Of a stretch of DNA of 64,000 nt, positions 1-10,178 are shown piece by piece. The DNA lies in assembly GCA_024346625.1 (NCBI GenBank), contig AP024664.1, positions 1,798,001-1,862,000 of the forward strand. The letters run 5' to 3'. Within the stretch, counting starts at the first letter, position 1, and each line of letters begins with the position of its first letter. Below the pieces are notes generated by a model. It was not told the origin of the DNA. It worked only from the letters and a program-made list of their open reading frames with translations, and did no database searches. The stretch comes from Williopsis jadinii. Lineage: Eukaryota. The position numbers and the translations under genes are program-made.

Positions 1-701
1 ATAGATGTTGGCAGCAACACTGTACCACCCATTCCTAGTGTAGCATCGACAAGCTCAAAGAATTTATCAACACGTTTCTTGTGAGATAACGGAGAACCAA
101 TCGTAGCAGAGGTTATGACCACAGACGGCCTTAAGAGCGCTGGGTTCTGTAGCATCTCAGCACCGTTCAAGAAAGAATCCTTGGAGTGGTTCCATTCCGG
201 AGCGTATATCACTTTTTCAGAGTTCTTATCCAATACCCATATTGTACCACCAAGGGTGTGACCGGAGTTGATCGCCGTGATTGTCAGCCCATCACACTTG
301 GCTCTCAGATCTGTCACCTGAGAGTGCTTCACGGTGATGATCTTGTCAAATGCCTCCTCAACGTCACTCAGCTCGAACTGTGTTCCCTCGATAGGACCAA
401 TGATGCCGGCAGCTCTATACAGATCAATGGTTGCCACTCTTCCAAGATTACAGGTCGGTAGAGTAGCATAAACAGGCTTGTTCAGGTCATGGAACGCCAG
501 CCATGCGTAAGCACCAAGAAACTCGGTGGTCGGCTGCGATAGTAAGACTATGTCCACCGTGTTGGCGACATCTTTCAAGTACTGTAAATCAGAGGCACCA
601 TCCCAGCCTGGATCTGCTAGTATCCTCACACCGTCAAACTCCATGATGGAAGCTCGCGAGGCCGATCCTTTTGGAGTGATGGGCGTATATATGAACGACA
701 T
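1..701 (-). CDS. CFT2: Cleavage/polyadenylation factor subunit Cft2 (CPSF100), 5' part; runs off the window start
   Basis: Manual minus-strand translation from ATG 701: MSFIYTPITPKG...ILADPGWDG...VDIVLLSQPTTEFLGAY...YATLPTCNLGRVATIDLY...NSGHTLGGTIW...VIYAPEWNHSKDSFLNG, the inactive metallo-beta-lactamase domain of CPSF2. Missing from the ORF track because no stop lies in the window. Confidence 0.9.
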   Translation of the reverse strand, partial: MSFIYTPITPKGSASRASIMEFDGVRILADPGWDGASDLQYLKDVANTVDIVLLSQPTTEFLGAYAWLAFHDLNKPVYATLPTCNLGRVATIDLYRAAGIIGPIEGTQFELSDVEEAFDKIITVKHSQVTDLRAKCDGLTITAINSGHTLGGTIWVLDKNSEKVIYAPEWNHSKDSFLNGAEMLQNPALLRPSVVITSATIGSPLSHKKRVDKFFELVDATLGMGGTVLLPTS

Positions 702-1039
702 GCTTAGATAACACTGTCTTCCCTCCGCTTTCTAGCCGCTGGAGAATTATTTCTGCCGCCGCTGTGCTTTGTTGTTTACGCTTACACTGAATTTTCTGTT
801 GATGTTCGCGGGCTCGAGCAGCTAACGAAAATGCCTTCAAAGACGGTCGAACTACTGGAAAATATGACCCAATTGGCTTATGAAACGAGCCTTTTGATGA
901 TGAGATTGATATTCAGGGTGGATAGTGGCTTGGATTATGTAACTGATTGTGAAAAAAGAGTCCAATTGTGGTTATAACTTCAGATTAAACTGTTGATAAT
1001 CGGTCGATGTAGGTGTTTCGCCAAAAAAAAAATAAGGAA

Positions 1040-1113
1040 TGATTTCGCCCAGGATCGAACTGGGGACGTTCTGCGTGTTAAGCAGATGCCATGACCAACT
1101 AGACCACGAAACC
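1040..1113 (-). tRNA. tRNA-Val(AAC)
   Basis: Reverse complement GGTTTCGTGGTCTAGTTGGTCATGGCATCTGCTTAACACGCAGAACGTCCCCAGTTCGATCCTGGGCGAAATCA: cloverleaf, anticodon AAC, GTTCGA T-loop; Pol III T-run terminator at 1023-1032. Confidence 0.97.
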
Positions 1114-1304
1114 GAATTCCCTGTTGGTCGTTTTTTACGGTTTGTCAAACTAGACGTGAGTAACAACAACTAGTGTCAGAGTACATAAAGCGTAGGTTGA
1201 CCAATACAATGCTGGTGACCAAACGAGAAGAGATGATATGAGTGAGCTACAGAGCTTGTTCTTGTTTCTGTCATTATGAGTGTATTATACAAGTACGCAG
1301 TTCC

Positions 1305-2342
1305 TTATGGCTCCATACTGTGGTCGATTTGGCTCAAGAAATCTTGGTCATCCAAATTCGAATACTGGAAGGCATCGTCCATCATGCCCAGTCCTTGGTC
1401 TGGGAAGTTATCTTGCTTAAAGTCTGAAATTGGATCGTGTTCCCCAAGGGTATCTGTTGCGATGCCGAACTCCGTTTCTGGTAGGAGATGGTGACTGTCG
1501 ACTGGTTCTTCAGGCTGGGCCTGTGATAGCTCTTCCTGTCTCTGCAACTGTTGCTGTTCCTCTTTCTGCTGCAGTTCTCTCTGCTCGAGCTCTCTCTTTT
1601 CTCTCTCCTCCTGTTCTTGCTTCTCCTTCTCCTCCTGTTCTTTTCTCTCCTGCTCAAGACGTGCTTGCTCTTCAGCGGCTACCCTGGCAGCCTCTGCTTC
1701 TTCTTTGGCACGCTTTTCCGCTTCTATTTTAGCCTTCTCCAAGTCCTCCCAATAGGTATCAGGTGCAGCTCTCGTATCAGGATTTATTGCTGGAATCGAC
1801 TTCACTATTTTGGAATTCGATGTGAATCGCTTGTTAAACCTCTCACAGAAAGACTTCTCAATGCTGTCGATCTTATTATCAGAGTCGAAGTCGGTCCCAC
1901 TCGCCAATTTGTCAATCGCGTCCTGTAGGAACCTGTTATCGTCAAAGAGTTTACTAACATCCGCCTCTTCCTTCATGATCTCAATGCTCTTGTCCAATGA
2001 CTCAACTTTTTGTCTCATCAGTACCAAGTTCCCAAAATACAACTCCTCCTTCAGCTCTTCAATGTTGGTCTTTGTCGTTTGCACGTTCGCAAAGGGCTTA
2101 GGCGCGATTATACTGTCTGTGTGTACCCACTTATCCGTGATGTTCTCCATTAGTTCTTGGTTCAACAGAAACCGCTGCGTCGCAGCTGAACGGAACGACA
2201 TGATATCGGCTTCATCGTGCATTCCTCCTATCTCATCCTGTAGCGCTTGGGCCTGTGCCTGCGCCTGGGCTTGTGCTTGGGCCTGTGCTTGGGCCTGTGC
2301 TGCTACTCTCTGACGTCTCTTGACTGTTTGCGCTCTCGCCAT
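1305..2342 (-). CDS. SNF6: SWI/SNF complex subunit Snf6
   Basis: MHDEADIMSFRS and RAAPDTYW match recalled Snf6 motifs (IHDESDTISFRS, REAPADYW); Q/E-rich coiled region and acidic tail; N-terminal (QA)n repeat. Confidence 0.75.
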   Translation of the reverse strand: MARAQTVKRRQRVAAQAQAQAQAQAQAQAQAQALQDEIGGMHDEADIMSFRSAATQRFLLNQELMENITDKWVHTDSIIAPKPFANVQTTKTNIEELKEELYFGNLVLMRQKVESLDKSIEIMKEEADVSKLFDDNRFLQDAIDKLASGTDFDSDNKIDSIEKSFCERFNKRFTSNSKIVKSIPAINPDTRAAPDTYWEDLEKAKIEAEKRAKEEAEAARVAAEEQARLEQERKEQEEKEKQEQEEREKRELEQRELQQKEEQQQLQRQEELSQAQPEEPVDSHHLLPETEFGIATDTLGEHDPISDFKQDNFPDQGLGMMDDAFQYSNLDDQDFLSQIDHSMEP

Positions 2343-2559
2343 CTTTGTCTCTCTTCGACACGCCCTGGTTCGCTTGTTGTTGTTGTTGTTGATGATGTTT
2401 GTGATCTTTTCTGTTTACTACGAGCGCTCGACTCTTACATAAGCACGCGAATATTTCCCTTCTCGGCTCCCGATGGGCTATCTACAGTGTTTCAAACAAG
2501 ACATAAACAATACATAAACAATGGCACTTCTCACAATGACTCGTATATAATTCTACTTT

Positions 2560-3846
2560 CTACACTTGAGCCTCTGGCACAGGAGTGACCTGGTCCTGTG
2601 TCAACGCTGGGTACTCGTACGACCACTCGTAAGGCCATGCTGAGCTGATCTTTACGCCCAAATCCTGGCCAAACCTGATAGCAGCGCCAGGGTTGATGAG
2701 GAACTCTCGGCCAGATAGAATGATGTCTGCGCTCTTGTCTTGTAGCTTCTCCTCTGCAACGACACCAGAGTGGAACCCACCGACTGAGGCAACGAGGATT
2801 GGTGTCTGTGTTCCACGGCTGTGTAGTTTATTCCGTATAGCCTTTGCCAGTGGAGCCTGGGACGCTGGGCCCTGTGGACGACGGCGTGCCTTGTTATAGT
2901 TACCACCATCTGACACGTCGAGCACGTCGATGCCATGGTCTTCAAGAAGCAGTGCGAGCTCGCCGGCCTGCTCCAGGGTCCACGCATTGGGCTCATCAGT
3001 GAGATCGCTCGCAGAGATACGAACAAACAATGGATGCTCGTCGTCCTTCACGGCATCGACAATCTCCAGCAGTATTCTTGCTCTATTCTCCAACACGCCA
3101 CCGTAAGCATCGGTTCTTGTATTTGAAAGACCACTGAGAAACTCGCTGATGAGGTATCCATGTGCCCCGTGGATCTCGACAAAATCGAAATGAGCAATGT
3201 CGTACGCTCTCTTTGCTGCATCTTTGAAGCTCAGAACAATCTCCTTGATCTCATCAACACTCAACTCGTGCGGAGCTGGGAACTGCTCCTCGTCGTAGGA
3301 GATAGGCGAGGGTCCTACAGTGTCCCAGCCTTGATCTTCACCTTTTCTTGCGCCTTTGGAGACATGGAGTGGGATAGGCAGTCCAGAGGCTTTACGACCA
3401 CCATGGCCCAGTTGGATACCAATCTTGGTGCCTTGGGAGTGGGCAAAGTCAACAATCGGCTTCAACGATCTGGCATGTTCATCTGACCATATCCCCAAAT
3501 CTTCTGGAGACAGCCTTCCCTCGGGTCTTACCGCTGTGGCTTCAACGATGATGAGGCCAGCACCACGAAGCGCAAACGATCCATAGTGGATCTCATGGAA
3601 CTTTGTAGCAAATCCAACACTGTCGCCTTCAGATGGCGCAGAGTAGGTACACATTGGTGACACACCAAGTCTATTCTGGAAGTGTGTACCTTTGATCTTC
3701 AACGGCGTGAAAAGCTGTGGCTTGGGGAGTGTCTCGCCCTGGCTGGTGGCTCCTATTGGTCTACCAACCGGATAATGAACTGCGATTGGCAGGAAGAAGT
3801 CAACCTCGTCAGAGGCCTTTGCACGGGTTCCGTATCCAGTGAACAT
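2560..3846 (-). CDS. NADH:flavin oxidoreductase, old yellow enzyme family (YqjM/OYE32-like), copy A
   Basis: NRLGVSPMCTYS, EATAVRPEGR, QLGHGGRKAS, FDFVEIHGAHGYLISEFLS, RTDAYGG. Confidence 0.92.
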   Translation of the reverse strand: MFTGYGTRAKASDEVDFFLPIAVHYPVGRPIGATSQGETLPKPQLFTPLKIKGTHFQNRLGVSPMCTYSAPSEGDSVGFATKFHEIHYGSFALRGAGLIIVEATAVRPEGRLSPEDLGIWSDEHARSLKPIVDFAHSQGTKIGIQLGHGGRKASGLPIPLHVSKGARKGEDQGWDTVGPSPISYDEEQFPAPHELSVDEIKEIVLSFKDAAKRAYDIAHFDFVEIHGAHGYLISEFLSGLSNTRTDAYGGVLENRARILLEIVDAVKDDEHPLFVRISASDLTDEPNAWTLEQAGELALLLEDHGIDVLDVSDGGNYNKARRRPQGPASQAPLAKAIRNKLHSRGTQTPILVASVGGFHSGVVAEEKLQDKSADIILSGREFLINPGAAIRFGQDLGVKISSAWPYEWSYEYPALTQDQVTPVPEAQV

Positions 3847-4191
3847 TGAGTTTTAATTATCGATGGTTTTGAGATGAGAGCCCTCCTCGTCACAAGTTTC
3901 GATGCGATGATGCTGCTTTTATAATGCTGGGGGAAATTAGTAATCGTCCGAGTTCGCCGTAAACGTGTACGTGAAGATAAATGCCACACACCATCATCTC
4001 TCGATTATTGCGTTGTATGAAATGTGTCCAATCATCACGGCCATCCAAGTGCTGCATTTGTCATCAATTGCTGTGTGAGCTGTTGGTATCCGCATCGCAC
4101 ACACTACAGGGAAAGTTACTGCTTTGAAACGTTGCTACTATGGAAATCTGATACAAAACGCTCACTCAACGCCGATCCTCACCGTACTGTA

Positions 4192-5457
4192 TCACATGTT
4201 CGAGCCTGTTAAAGGTGGTGGCTCGTACGTCCACTCATATGGCCACCCAGAGCTTATGCTGTACCCCAAGTCCTGTGCAAAGCGTATGGCTGCTCCGGGA
4301 TTAATCAGGAATTCCCGTCCTGACAGAATCACGTCAGCACTACCATCGTCAAGCTTCTCCTCTGCTATCAGACCCGAGCTTATCGAGCCGACAGTGGCCA
4401 CAAGCATAGAGTGCTTGGTGCCACGATTCCGCAGTGTGTCCCTTACTCCCTTGGCCAGTGGTGCCTGGTTTGCTGGTACATGTGGTAGATGGTACGGCCT
4501 GTTGAAGTTACCACCGTCCGAGACATCGATCACGTCGACTCCGTGATCTTCTAGCAGTAATGCGAGCTCCTGAGTATGCTCCAGCTTCCATGCTTCTGGC
4601 AGCTGTGATCTATCAGTCGCCGACACACGCACAAACAAGGGGTGTTCGTCGTCTTTCACTTCATCTATAATCTCCAATAGCAACCTGGTTCTGTTTAGGA
4701 ATGATCCTCCGTACCTGTCGGTTCTCTTGTTGGACAGCTCACTCAGAAAGTTGTTCAGGAGAAAGCCATGGGCAGCGTGGATCTCAACAAAGTCGAAGCC
4801 AGAGATGTCCAGTGAGCGACGAGCTGCGTCCTTAAATAGCCTGACGACGGCCTGGATCTCTTCAAGCGTCATTTCTCTAGGTGTAGGGAAGAGCTCTTCA
4901 TCGAATGAGATGGCAGACGGGCCCACAATGTCCCATCCTTGGTCGCTGGCCTTGTTAGCAGCCTTCGATAGATGTAGAGACAGAGGCAGGCCCGAGGCCT
5001 TACGACCACCATGTCCTATTTGGATGCCAATCTTGACACCTTGAGCATGTGCAAAGTCCACGATCGGTCTCAACGACTCGGCTTGCGAGTCAAGCCATAT
5101 GCCCAGGTCCTCTGGAGATGTGCGACCTTCAGGACACACAGCTGCTGTCTCGAGGATGATAAGACCCGGGCCTCTCAGGGCAAAAGAGCCATAATTGATC
5201 TCGTGGAACTTGGTGGCGTGTCCAATCGTCTCACCATCAGGAGCTGCCGAGTAGGTGCACATAGGTGATACGCCTATTCTGTTCTGGAACACTGTTGACT
5301 TGATCTTATATGGCTCTAACAACTTAGGGTCATCAGTGGTTTGTTCCTTGTGCCTGCACTGTCCAAGGAGCCTCCCACCCGGGAAATGCACAGGTTTGGG
5401 CAAGAAATAATCAACAGATGGGCTTCTCTTCGCACGAGTTCCATATCCACTGTACAT
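4192..5457 (-). CDS. NADH:flavin oxidoreductase, old yellow enzyme family, tandem copy B
   Basis: Paralog of copy A. Start placed at ATG 5457 (MYSGYGTRAK aligns with MFTGYGTRAK), with a TATAAA just upstream; the ORF-track start is a TTG. Active-site motif HAAHGF. Confidence 0.9.
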   Translation of the reverse strand: MYSGYGTRAKRSPSVDYFLPKPVHFPGGRLLGQCRHKEQTTDDPKLLEPYKIKSTVFQNRIGVSPMCTYSAAPDGETIGHATKFHEINYGSFALRGPGLIILETAAVCPEGRTSPEDLGIWLDSQAESLRPIVDFAHAQGVKIGIQIGHGGRKASGLPLSLHLSKAANKASDQGWDIVGPSAISFDEELFPTPREMTLEEIQAVVRLFKDAARRSLDISGFDFVEIHAAHGFLLNNFLSELSNKRTDRYGGSFLNRTRLLLEIIDEVKDDEHPLFVRVSATDRSQLPEAWKLEHTQELALLLEDHGVDVIDVSDGGNFNRPYHLPHVPANQAPLAKGVRDTLRNRGTKHSMLVATVGSISSGLIAEEKLDDGSADVILSGREFLINPGAAIRFAQDLGYSISSGWPYEWTYEPPPLTGSNM

Positions 5458-5884
5458 TCTTGCTAATATCTGCTTCTTTATAGCGGATTGGAACCTCATT
5501 GTTGGGTTATGTTTCTGTCTTGCTAATAATTCCACCTCCAACGTCGGGTGATCTCGGCTTTTGTGGGAAACGGTTGACGGTTAGGGCCTCACAGTGGAGA
5601 ATTGGCGCAAGAGTGATGGCTTTAAAGGGCAATGAAACAAACTATCTAACCACTCGAGAGAGTTGTATCGGGAGGAGCGCATCATAAAGCTTTGTAGCAC
5701 ATCGATGCTGTCTTATAATGCGCCAATTTCTCCCCCATTGTTCTGGTGATATCATGACATTTACGCCTATGCGCATTGTTCTGCATCAACCTGTGATGTG
5801 TTTCTCATCTACACCAAGATCGCATAGAAAGCTCTCAAACTAACCACTTTAGAAGTAGAAAAAAGGCATTCAACTGTAAAAGAA

Positions 5885-7196
5885 CTAAATACGAACAGAC
5901 CGTTTGAAGTTCGTACCAGCGTATATTGCCTTGTCGCCCAACTGTTCCTCAATTCTCAACAGTTGATTGTACTTGGCTAATCTCTCAGATCTTGCAGGAG
6001 CACCGGTCTTGATGTGGCCGGTTCTCAAACCGACACACAGGTCTGCAATGAAGGTGTCCTCAGTCTCACCAGATCTGTGGGACACCAGCACACCCCAACC
6101 AGCGTTGTATGCTGTCCAAGCTGCCTCAATGGACTCGGAAAGTGTACCGATTTGGTTCACCTTAAGCAGAAGAGAAGAGGCAGCCTTCTTCTCAATTGCA
6201 GTTCTGATTCTCACAGGGTTTGTGACTGTTAAGTCATCAGCGACAATTGGAAGCTCAACCCTAGGCAGGAAGTCGGTCCAAGAGTCCCAATCGTCCTCCG
6301 CAAATGGATCCTCGACGAACACCAAAGGATACTCCTTGATCAACTTCACGTACAAGTCAGCAAGCTGCTTGCCAGTCAGGTGCTTTGATTCATCATCTGT
6401 TGGGTTCTTGAAATCAACTCTGTACTTGCCATCGATGAAGAATTCGGAAGAAGCAGCGTCCAAACCGACATACACTATACCTTCGTAACCGGCCTTCTTA
6501 ATCGCAGCGGTGATTAAATCCAAAGCCTCCTCAGGTGTTGAAATATCTGGCGCAACGCCACCTTTATCGCCCACATTCCCAGCAGATTGACCGTACTTTT
6601 CCTTTGCCAAGTTCTTCAAGATGTGGTAAATTTCCGAGTTCATTCTGAGGGCTTCAGAGAAAGATGAGGCACCAATTGGAGCAAGCATGAACTCTTGGAA
6701 TGCAAGGTCACCACCAGCGTGCACACCACCGTTTAACACGCTCTGGAAAGGCACTGGCAACACGTAAGGACCCGGTGTGTTCGACAACTCCTTGATATGC
6801 TGATACAGTGGAATCTTCTTCTCGGCAGCAGCGGCCAGTGAGGTGGCCAGTGAGACACCCAACAATGCATTGGCCCCAAGCTTAGACTTGTTTGGCGTAC
6901 CATCAAGCTCGATAAGGAACTTGTCCATTGCCTTTTGGTCCTTGACGTCGATATTGGCCTTGATCACGGCAGGACCGATGATGTCGTTGACATTTGAGAC
7001 GGCCTTCAGGACACCTTTACCGCCCCACTTGGTCTTGTCGCCGTCCCTCAACTCAACTGCCTCGTGGATACCTGTAGACGCACCTGAGGGGGACAATTGA
7101 TCTAAACGTTCCATGCTCAGTGGTCAGCTCCACTTCAACGGTTGGGTTACCACGGGAGTCGTAGACCTATCTTGAGTGGATCTTTGAAATGGTCAT
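5885..7196 (-). pseudogene. Enolase pseudogene (second, divergent enolase)
   Basis: ATG 7196 gives [23 protein letters not shown] (TAG at 7167-7169). Extra C in the run at 7088-7092 shifts the frame at IVP/SGASTG. GDEGG reads GDKGG (6563-6565). Repaired length is 436 aa, normal for enolase. Confidence 0.88.
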
Positions 7197-9202
7197 TGTA
7201 TAGCTGTTGTATAAGTTCTCTTCTTGTTCTGCTTGAAGAGGAACATTCACAGACCTGGCTTGAGATCCTCAGGTGCACAGCCAGTTTATATAGGTTTCTG
7301 GAAAGGATTATAGTTCACGTATGCGTTGTGGATCTTCATCTCCTTCCGTTTAAACCTGAGGTGTGGAAGGCAGGCCATAATCATAACTTCTCCCCAAGAT
7401 GATTAACTCACTATGAAGTACCCTCGTCTGGACAGTAGCCGTCTCTTCAGCATGTTGGGATGCCAAGAACAGTCATAACACCGCTCGCTATCCTTCTCAC
7501 TGTGTAACAGACCGTGCTACTCCACGCCACGTTTACCGCTGCTTGTGGCTCGCTTTTGTCTCTAACTTTAGCCAGGTTACAACCGCATGAAGAGACCGCT
7601 ATCTCGGGCATCCAAGCCCATTGCCCTATCTGATTGGCTTGATGATCTACTAGATAGACACGACGGCCCCAACTAGCTGTCTGCTGCTGATCGGCATAGG
7701 AGTTTAGGAGTGCAGCTTGTGTCGCTTTAGCAGTACGTATGACACTTTTCACAATGCCCACGGATCTTTGCTGATGCCATGAGTATGACTTTTAGACAGA
7801 TGCACCCCAGGCTTCCGTGTGATGATGCAGCGCTTGTTTATACGAGGATGTATTACATAGACAGGACCAGGAGTCCTCGTCCAATAGTCCTTCTTGCCAT
7901 GAGTAATCTGGGCAGAGTCGCTGGCCAACTCCAGTTAGAGCCACCATCGACATAGCACTACAACCCCATACAGCGAACAGTGAGCAGGATCGACAGGCTG
8001 CTGTCCAGATCGTTTAATTGTGTGTCAGAGCGAGAGTGCTGAGCCCATTGTTGTACAGCTGTAGTGGGCAGTAAACGAGGACGCATACCCCTTAGAAGCC
8101 AAAGGCCGTTCTAAAAATTGACAGCCCAGAACATGTGCCCTTTGGAGCTTATCCAAGGGAAGTGGGAAGCAGTACAAACAGTCTCAATGGTGGGACTCTG
8201 ATGGTGAGACTCCCACTATGGCGATGTGGAGTGAATGGCTGCTGACACAACGACTTCAGCGGGTCTCTACAACGTGAATATTCGCTTATAGAACACATCG
8301 TACATAGCATAGTCTCGTGCTTATTGAGTCCTGAGACCACATCAAGGTGAGGTTCCTCCCTCCAAGGCATCAGAGTCGTACAGCACCTACAGCCCGGTAG
8401 GAGTAAACTGACAGGCAAGGTTGCACCAGATCATGTAATGTTCCCACTCGCTTTGTTCGCTAGATGTCTATAGACACACCGGTGGGAGCTATAACACAGC
8501 CAAAAGCATCTGATTCTCACCCCATTCGGTACCTCCAAGGGCACCTTTTGCATAGTTAACACGTTACGCCGGAACAACCGCGAAATGGGCCAACCCGGAA
8601 AATTTTGCAGGCAGCAGCTGCTGCTGAAGCAATTAATCCGAATAGCGGGTCCTATGCTCACTGGTTAGTTTCTACAAAACTTAGGTCAATTGACGAGGTA
8701 AAACTGGGACAGTTACAGTGTGTAGCGTGCGCTGTTCAATGCAAACGATTAACCCACTTTGCCCCTCCAATTCTCCTCCCTGGTGTCGTGCTTTACGTAC
8801 CAGAAGATAGAATATATCATCCCGTTTTCTGAGGTGGTGAGACTTTTCACGCTTCTCCTTGGTGGTTGTTGCAGCACAGGCAGGGGCAGGAGCAAATAAA
8901 AAAAGAAACAGTGGAGTGACCTTGCAGTAGGGAGGAGAGACGTAAAGTGAGGCAGAGATTCAGCAAACGTCTGCTTCGAAGTTGTGAATTACGGTTTCCT
9001 AATTGAGGGTGTCAAGGCACGAGAGAGAGAGGGGTGCAGACAAGTATATAAGGGTACTTATCTGACCCCTTGTTCCTGTTTTGCAGAGTGTGATTTCAGT
9101 CTTTTCATCACATTCATTTGATCATCACTTTAACAACTAAAGAGAAGATCACTCAATTCCTCGTGGAAAGACTTTAAGAGAGACACTGCACACACTCCCA
9201 CA

Positions 9203-9682
9203 ATGACAAAGAAAGATAAGCAACAGAAAAAGCAATATAAGGCTGGAGAAATCGCCGAGTTTGAGGATATGGAGTCCTTCATTCAATACCTCAAGGATGA
9301 GAAGGAGGACCACGAGCTAGCCAACGGCCACGCCCGTGTGCACTACATCCCACCATTCGTACTGCACGAGTCCCACAATGACCCTGACCGTGTAAAGGAC
9401 TCTCAAAACAGAAAGAACAAGAAGTTTGTGCGCCACTTGCACCAGCACGTTGAGAAGCATCTTCTCACCGAGATGAAGGAATTCTCCGGCATGGACCTGC
9501 ACTTTGGAAAGCCAGAGGTTGCTGAGGACTTCGACACCATCACCTGGACGTATCTCGACGAGAGCGACCACGGCATGGGCTCCGAGGGTAACTTCAAGGT
9601 GAAGCTCGTTGTCAAGTGCGACTCCGACGGCGCCACCATCGACGTGAAGTACGACACGCTGCCTGTTGAAGAGACGGCCTGA
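9203..9682 (+). CDS. RGI1: Respiratory growth induced protein Rgi1/Rgi2 family
   Basis: HYIPPFVLHESHNDPDRVKDSQNRKNKKFVRHLHQHVEKHLL, 159 aa; TATATAA about 160 bp upstream. Confidence 0.88.
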   Translation: MTKKDKQQKKQYKAGEIAEFEDMESFIQYLKDEKEDHELANGHARVHYIPPFVLHESHNDPDRVKDSQNRKNKKFVRHLHQHVEKHLLTEMKEFSGMDLHFGKPEVAEDFDTITWTYLDESDHGMGSEGNFKVKLVVKCDSDGATIDVKYDTLPVEETA

Positions 9683-10178
9683 GCTCGTCCTCCCTCTATG
9701 CATGCTTTGTTTAGGAACTAATAACTAAACCTCGGTTTACCTTATGAATTGAATGTTTGAACGAACTACTTTATGTTTTGAAAATGCTCCTCTTCGTAGT
9801 CACAGTAACCGTTGACACAAAAACATAGCAACGACAACAGGGCAAAATTTGGATTGTGCGTTGCCGGGGTGAAATTTCGATCTGGGCTATCTACCGCGCG
9901 CGCGCATAGCCTGCGCTGCCTTTGATCCCAATTAAGCATCCCGTTCCCATAACACCGCAGATAAGGGAATTTCATTGCTTCTGCCATCGACCAGTCCCTA
10001 CGATAATTCCCTTTCGAATTCCCACCTCTGCAAAAGAACAAGGCATCTCGTCCCGTGTGATACGCCCTCTCTGTCCCTGTGTGTGTGCCCTTGTACAGTT
10101 GTAGATTTACTAAATTTGGCTGTATAACTTTCCTCTCTTCTACCGCTGCGCTGCCTGTCTACACCGGTACAGAAGATC

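Noticed and set aside
895..946. Possible box C/D snoRNA (TGATGA...CTGA) between CFT2 and tRNA-Val
   Set aside because: Very short, no clear terminal stem, and no rRNA complementarity I could recognise
5885..7114. 409-aa ORF as a functional N-truncated enolase
   Set aside because: Its start is an out-of-frame ATG exposed by the frameshift; it lacks the conserved N-terminus and the catalytic Glu
7200..9200. 2-kb spacer with several 70-104 aa ORFs
   Set aside because: No recognisable motifs, repeats or RNA signatures; probably divergent promoter DNA
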